Assembly: GCA_009103225.1 (NCBI GenBank)
Contig: RHPI01003041.1
Location: 391,439-455,438, forward strand
Length of the DNA stretch: 64,000 nt
Reading direction: 5' to 3'
Origin: Chlorokybus atmophyticus
Lineage: Eukaryota > Plantae > Mesostigma and Chlorokybus algae
Below the pieces are notes generated by a model, which ran no database searches, was not told where the DNA came from, and saw only the letters and a list, made by a program, of their open reading frames with translations. The stretch's first letter is position 1; each line of letters opens with the position of its first letter. Position numbers and translations under genes: made by a program. Of the stretch, positions 58,201-64,000 are shown piece by piece.

Positions 58201-59913
58201 ACTGAGTGCACCATAATGTCACACATCGTTCACTCGCCTGCGTGTAAGCATAATCGGTGCTGCCTATCACAACAGCATCGCCAGCTTTCCAGGAGCTGTG
58301 CAAACATGCAGACAGTTGATACTGGCAAAACCAGGACACAACATGACAATAGTGTCCTTGTTGTGTCACAAGCACATAAACAAAAGCTCACCTCACGCTG
58401 CCAATGACGGCAACAGATTTGGTGCCCACCGATGCAGTGGCTGCGAGCTTTGTCCAAGACTGCGCCAAGCCCTTTGCTCCATGCAGCTCCAAAGTGCCAC
58501 CTTGTAGACGTTATATTGGTTGTGACTGTTCGTATGCAAGGACACACACGCTCGCACACATGCATGAATATAGCCACTGTGGATGTGGCACATGCACATG
58601 CGCGTGCGTGCACACACGCACGCAGGCTCTCAAGTGCGTGCATACGTACACACAAGCGCATGCACGCAAGTGCGTAGGAGCGTGCATGCGCGCATGCACG
58701 CTCCTACGTGCGTGCATGTGTGTGTATGCACACACACATATTAGAACATATAAGACTGTCACCTGGTAGCACTGCCAGGACCTGCGAGCCGGCGATACCC
58801 GGCACCAGGGCCGTGCCGGCAAGGTTTACGGTGAGCTTGCCAACGAAGGGGCAGCCTTCACCTCCAACGTGGAGTGCACCCTGTCCATGACGATTAGTAG
58901 TGGTGAATGCTGTCACTGAGTGTGTTGTGGTCACACAGTGGCATAGTCTCACTTGGACTGCGATGAAGTCTGTCGTGAGAGTGGCGGGCGCGTCCTTGAA
59001 TACAAGAACAGCGCCGGCAGCGATTGTAATGCCACTGTTGATTGTAACCTATTGAGTGACAGAGTTATAAGACACTGTTTCACAACGTAAGCAGCAAGAA
59101 GGCATGTGTAAACTGCGAAAGAACTAGGGTGAAAATGTGTGACTGTGTACTTGTGACACGCATTGTCACACAAGTACACAGTTGTTGGCGCGTACCTCTT
59201 CGACATCAAATAGCACATTCTGGCCTGACTTCAGTGTCACCCCACCAGAGATGCTCTTGCTGCAGAAAGTCGGTCAGTGTTACTGATCCAAGCATTGCAT
59301 GCTGACACAGGCAGTGCAGCACTGTTACTGTTTTGTGTACAATACTCACCTTTTGAACAGTTGCGACCATGGCGTGAGCGTCTTGTACGCCGAGTCAAAG
59401 GGACACAGTCCTGAGACTACGTGAAGACAAGAGAAGAAGAGCACAACAAGCACACCACACGCAAGCATGGTACTGTGCACCATTGCAGAGACACACACAG
59501 TGGAACACACTGGAAGGACTGTGGTGATGGCACTGTCCAGCGTCACACTGTGCTGTATGGTTACACAACAGTTCAGAGACACACGCACACACACGTAAAG
59601 CTGTGCACACAGTCTTCAAGTAGTACCACAGGCCCAGGTGCTTTTATATGTGTCACACAGGCAGGTTGTGTTTTCACCATGACTGCAACGTAGGCAGATC
59701 AGACCATGGCAACTTCCCACTGGAAAGAAATCCAAGTATAACAGAATCAATCAATACCAACGATGGCATACTATCAAAAGTAATGCTCTACACTAGCCCT
59801 GCTGCTTGAAAGCTACTCTTGGACTATGCAAACAGTATGATTGCCTTACCTTGGGTGTAATACCAGGCACAAAGTGAGTGCAAACGTTGGGTTAGAGCAG
59901 TGTAGTCCATCAT
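52299..59913 (-). CDS. CEMIP/TMEM2-like G8-domain, parallel beta-helix protein with a C-terminal malectin domain (~25 exons)
   Basis: Exons in order: VTLKSGQNVLFDVE; GALHVGGEGCPFVGKLTV; GGTLELHGAKGLAQSWTKL; WKAGDAVVIGSTDY; GVDERAEVALLSRSI; RYPIHFHVCG...VIHGTQ; GHAFLLEDGAEFGNVLTRNLAI; NNVASGCQGTGFWF; GYRVYDGP; then LYKSYRYG...YTVTLHFAETYW...GQRVFDIKLQ...VLPNFDIVAAA (malectin). The start codon and extreme 3' end are tentative. Confidence 0.85.
58673..58708. repeat. Perfect 36-bp palindrome in an intron of the G8 gene
   Basis: CGTAGGAGCGTGCATGCGCGCATGCACGCTCCTACG equals its own reverse complement. Confidence 0.95.
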
Positions 59914-60460
59914 GATGACTCGTACACTGTGCCAGCTGGCATATCTTGTCAACAGAAACATACAACAGATGTCCAGCAATGGTGATCCTGTGTTACATCA
60001 CACAGGCAGCAGCACTCAACTCCTGTGTGCGTCTGCTTGTGTGTGCAAGCATGCGTTGAAAGCTGAGGCTTGCTGCAAAACAGTTCGAAGCAAACAAGCT
60101 AACGATCGAACAACAAGCAGGTGCTTGCCAGGTGTCAAGCAACACGAGAGCATTTTTGAGAGCAGATTCAACGAAGCGTTTTCTTATGTGTAACATTGCA
60201 GCCAGCCTCGTCATACACAAACTTGCTTGTCTGCTGGCAATGTACCATAGATGTATCAAGTGATATATTATGACATGTACATAGGTAATGCAAATTACTG
60301 TAACTGCTTGTTGATGTGACAGACGACAGCAAATGGAGGCGTTTGTGTCGTCCAAGGCGGTGCATGCTGTCGCTTGCCTCTTTCTACCAAATTCACTGTT
60401 GCTTGCAATACGCTGACATGCATGTTAGCCAGCTGCACTAAGTACACTGTACATGCACAG

Positions 60461-60893
60461 TACCAGGACCCATCACCTCCTCCGTAAGCCATGACGCAGA
60501 CCATAACCAGGCGGTGTTCACTGAGGAGGGTTGCTCAGGCAAGCTAGTGGTAGCGCCTGGCCTTCACGCAAAGACGACTCCGCCGCCCATGCTGCCGCCC
60601 ACACCCACGCCGACGACAGAGGCATGCAAGACGCTAGAGCAGCTCGTTGAGTAGCTCAGCAGGCAGAGGCGGTGCAGGCGGCGGCGGCGGAGGAAGAGGA
60701 GGAGGAGGTGGAGGCGATTAAGCGCAAGCACACTGGGGTCGCAGGCGAGGTGGGAAAGGAGGTGGGCAAGCTGGTGCCTTCCTGTGGTTACTGTGCAACG
60801 TGGGGGTTGGCCATTGGAAAGAAGGTGCTGCTTCAGGACACACCATACCATACCCCTTATATACACATTCAAGCTTGGTGCAGTTGGTCATAG
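60461..60893 (+). pseudogene. Exon-like coding relic with an apparent 1-nt frameshift
   Basis: Frame A ...PPPMLPPTPTPTTEACKTLEQLVE* ends at ~60654, where another frame begins VAQQAEAVQAAAAEEEEEEVEAIKRKH... No family recognised. Confidence 0.25.
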
Positions 60894-61743
60894 TTAGTGG
60901 TTTGTCGTAGTAATGATCTGTTGGGAGTTGATGTTGTTTATTTTACATTGTGCACAAACTGTTGAACAACCTGCCAATGCATGGCAATGCACCAGTGCAT
61001 TGCGGTCTGAACCATAATCCAGTTGAAAATCGCTTGATGCTGTACCACATTAGCAAGTTCCTCACTTGTGTGTTCGTGGTGTAGCTTAACCATCAGGAAT
61101 GCAATATATATACATCAAGAGCAACAGTAGCATGTGTTGTTCGAAGTACAAACAAGCCCCATACTCATCAAGGCTTGCTTCATGCTGGCACATAACGTGC
61201 TTTGTGTGTCAACAAACTTGCAGTCGTACGCAATGAGGCATGTTTGTAAAACATACGCGATGCACGTATCCGACTGTGTCAGATGGTGGTGCTTTTGACT
61301 TATTGACGGCTATTGTTCACCTGATCAAGTAACACAACCGTTCATGTGCCGTCTGCCTGGCCTATCCGGCACTTGCTTTGTTTGAAAACATCATGAAGCA
61401 AATCCAGCGAGTGGATTCGAACATTATGCAGCATATGCTATGTTGCATCATGTCCGGTTGCACTAGCAAGGCTCTATTGCTGGACCAACATTGCTAATTG
61501 AACCATATCCTTGCTCGCTAGTTGCATACCCTATGTGACATTCTTGCAATGAGTGAGACTCTACTTAAGTGTACGTTGCAAGGTGTACATTACAATGCTG
61601 TACATCTGGTGTATTACAATAGATTCCCTTGCTGCGCAATGTGGTGTCATCCAAGGTACAGGCTACTACGCTCAGCGTTGCGCTGCATGCAACGTGGGCT
61701 GTGCAAAGTGCATGTGTTGCCAATGCAGTTGCAAAGCCAATGG

Positions 61744-62268
61744 TGTAACGGGAAGGTACATTAAATTACCACAAATCAACCATAAAAGCATCAAGTCTTT
61801 TGTGGTCGAGTAGGCTGTGACATTGGTCATCGGAGCTTGAAACCCGGGTTCGATTCCTGCATGGCACACGAATTCCGCGGTCGTTGTGTCTCGATCCAAT
61901 AACATCGTAAATGGTCACTTCATATGTGCCATTATCGATTGGTCGCGATTTGCCTAATGGCAGTCATGCGCCGGCGTTCCGTCGGTGCGGCAGGGCGCGA
62001 CTTGCCTGTCGCGATGCGACCTGTGGGGCCGGCAGCGGTGCGCTATGCGCGCGTTGACCGGTATGGGCCTAAATTAGCCGATCCTAGGGCGGCGGGGCCG
62101 GTGACTGACCCTAATCAGACCCCTGGGATGATTCCCCAGCTGATGGGAGCCAGCTGCCAAGGACGTCAGCGTTCTTAAGTGGGGGGGAGTGTAACGGGAA
62201 GGTACATTAAAATCACCACAAATCGACCATAAAAGCACCAAGTCTTTGTGGTCGAGTGGGCTGTGACA
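61744..62268 (+). mobile_element. Complete TRIM (miniature non-autonomous LTR retrotransposon), 525 bp
   Basis: 79-bp LTRs TGTAACGGG...TGTGACA at 61744-61822 and 62190-62268 differ by 4 transitions and 2 single-base indels. TSD AATGG on both sides (61739-61743, 62269-62273). PBS-like TGGTCATCGGAGC 1 nt after the 5'LTR. PPT AAGTGGGGGGGAG abuts the 3'LTR. The 367-bp interior has no recognisable gene. Confidence 0.93.
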
Positions 62269-63077
62269 AATGGGTTGCATGCATTGCATGATAAGTACAA
62301 GGGACGAAAAAAGGGTGAACCTCATGTGAACTTGTATATAAGATATGCAACTGTGTGCGCTGTCTGTGTAGGAAAACATAGTGTACAAGTTGGTTGTATA
62401 CTAAACAAAACAAGTCAAAGAATCTGTGTTGCACATAATTTATAGTGCACACTGCATTGTGACTTGTACACTATTCAACGTGTTCTTAATGTACATATTG
62501 CGTGAGTTTAAATTCATCACGTACAATCCAACCTTATTCATCGCAAATTTTACACGGTGACTGACCAAGGACCGAGGGACTGACGGGTGCCTGAGCTTGC
62601 CTGAACCTGCCTGCCGCTGCCTAAAATGCTACTTTTGAACTGTTGGGTTTACCGATGGCTTATGTGGACTGACGCAGACGACCGCGGGCCGAAAGTGGTT
62701 GTCAGTGGCACTGACCGGCCGAGAGTTGTCAACCAGTTACCCTTTGGTCGATGTGAACAGACGGCCGTTAGCCGGTAGCTATGGACAGCTGACAACAATA
62801 GCCGGCAGTTTCCTTGCCGTTACACTGCTGTTAATATATGACCCTTAGCGTTTGACAAAAGTTGACAATTCTTGCCGTAAGCCAACACCAACATGCCACG
62901 CAGCTTATACAAACCTTAGACTAATGTTTGGTCTTGCAACTATAAGCCCACAATACTTACACCATACCGGCAGTGTTGAGAGTATATCCACTTGCAACTG
63001 AGCAGCCGACTTGCGCATGAACTACCTACAACATTAAATCTAGGTGTCGCGCAGCTTGTCAACCCGTGGTGCCTGCC

Positions 63078-64000
63078 TTAAAACTCCTCCTCAACCATCT
63101 CCTCATGTTCCTCCTCCAATAAGTATTCTGCTTTAACATCGGAGTCATCTTCATCTGCTGCCTTGCTCGCTGACAATATAGCGGCTACTTCGTCCTTCAG
63201 CTTGAATGTCGGCACCTCGCCGTGCATGCGCATGCACTTGATGGTTGCTTTGAGAGTGACCATTTGCATTTGGTAATGCTATAAGAGTGGCATGGTGCCA
63301 AAGGACTAGCCCATTAGCATACACATGCTTACTTTGTCTTCCGCTTTGTCGCACTCCGCCAGGCAGACAGTCAGCATGCCGCGCTGCTCTTCGTTCTATC
63401 GGACCAACATGGCAATTTGCAAGCAACTGCTTACTTGCCGCTGGAAACATTAAATTAGATCATGGATTACCCGTTCGTGGTACTCCGCAGCTTGTCTTTT
63501 GCGACTTGTGAGCTCCCGCAAGTAGAAATATGCTGTGCATATGTGAGATTGGTCACGCTGTTCATGTGCATGACACTGGAGGCTGTGCATGTAGTATTGA
63601 CAGTGTATGTCATGTGCAAGATACTTGAGGCTGTGCATGTGCAAGATAAAAGAACCCTAGCATGTGGCATTGACAGTGCATCATAACCCACGTTGGTTGT
63701 GCTCGTCTTGTTTAGTCCCCTAAATCATGTCGCTGTGGTTGCAGCTGCTGATGGTTCGGATGGTCACAGAGGCAGTATTGTGGTGTGCCTTTTTCCACTC
63801 GGAGGGGGAGCCCTGTAAGATATCGCCCAAGTCACTGTTATCATTGGCTATGCCCTTGGTAGGCATGGTGGGGGTTTTCGCCACCAATAACACCCCACCG
63901 GCACCTTGCCCGCCCTGTGCGAACATGGGCTTCATCTCGGACATCGACCATAACGCCCACTACGCCTCTGGCAGCACCAACGATCCATCAAACGCCACAT
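63078..64000 (-). CDS. Possible 3' exons of an unidentified gene or transposase running off the right edge
   Basis: Two AG/GT-bounded phase-0 exon candidates join to NEEQRGMLTVCLAECDKAEDK|HYQMQMVTLKATIKCMRMHGEVPTFKLKDEVAAILSASKAADEDDSDV...EEEF*. No family recognised. Confidence 0.3.

Noticed and set aside
61796-61870. Functional tRNA gene
   Set aside because: A-box, B-box and T-arm are present, but the acceptor stem has several mismatches and no anticodon stem-loop forms. It is reported only as a tRNA-like promoter within the TRIM.

Overview
Intron-rich eukaryotic nuclear DNA from a green-lineage alga. The combination of BTA1, a plastid-type LPD, DUF3082 and a plant-type TOP3A C-terminus suggests a chlorophyte or early streptophyte (inference). 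Genes, left to right: 5' part of midasin (-); a DUF3082-like plastid membrane protein (+); a CCCH + Puf4-type Pumilio protein (+); an EXS/ERD1-family protein (+); plastid dihydrolipoamide dehydrogenase (-); MCM2 (-) head-to-head with TOP3A (+) around an inverted pair of E2F sites; betaine lipid synthase BTA1 (-); and a CEMIP/TMEM2-like G8/beta-helix protein ending in a malectin domain (-). Mobile and repeat content: two TA-flanked Tc1/mariner-pogo-type MITEs, an exact 5 x 125-bp tandem array beside a decayed Gag and an LTR-like segment, several hairpins and palindromes, and a complete 525-bp TRIM (79-bp LTRs, PBS, PPT, 5-bp TSD). The TRIM's 5'LTR/PBS junction forms a tRNA-type A-box/B-box pair at tRNA-like spacing. 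The best novelty candidates are this possibly Pol III-driven TRIM and the G8-malectin gene. Gene coordinates are spans including introns; exon joins were read by eye and no database search was run. Homology statements rest on recalled family motifs.
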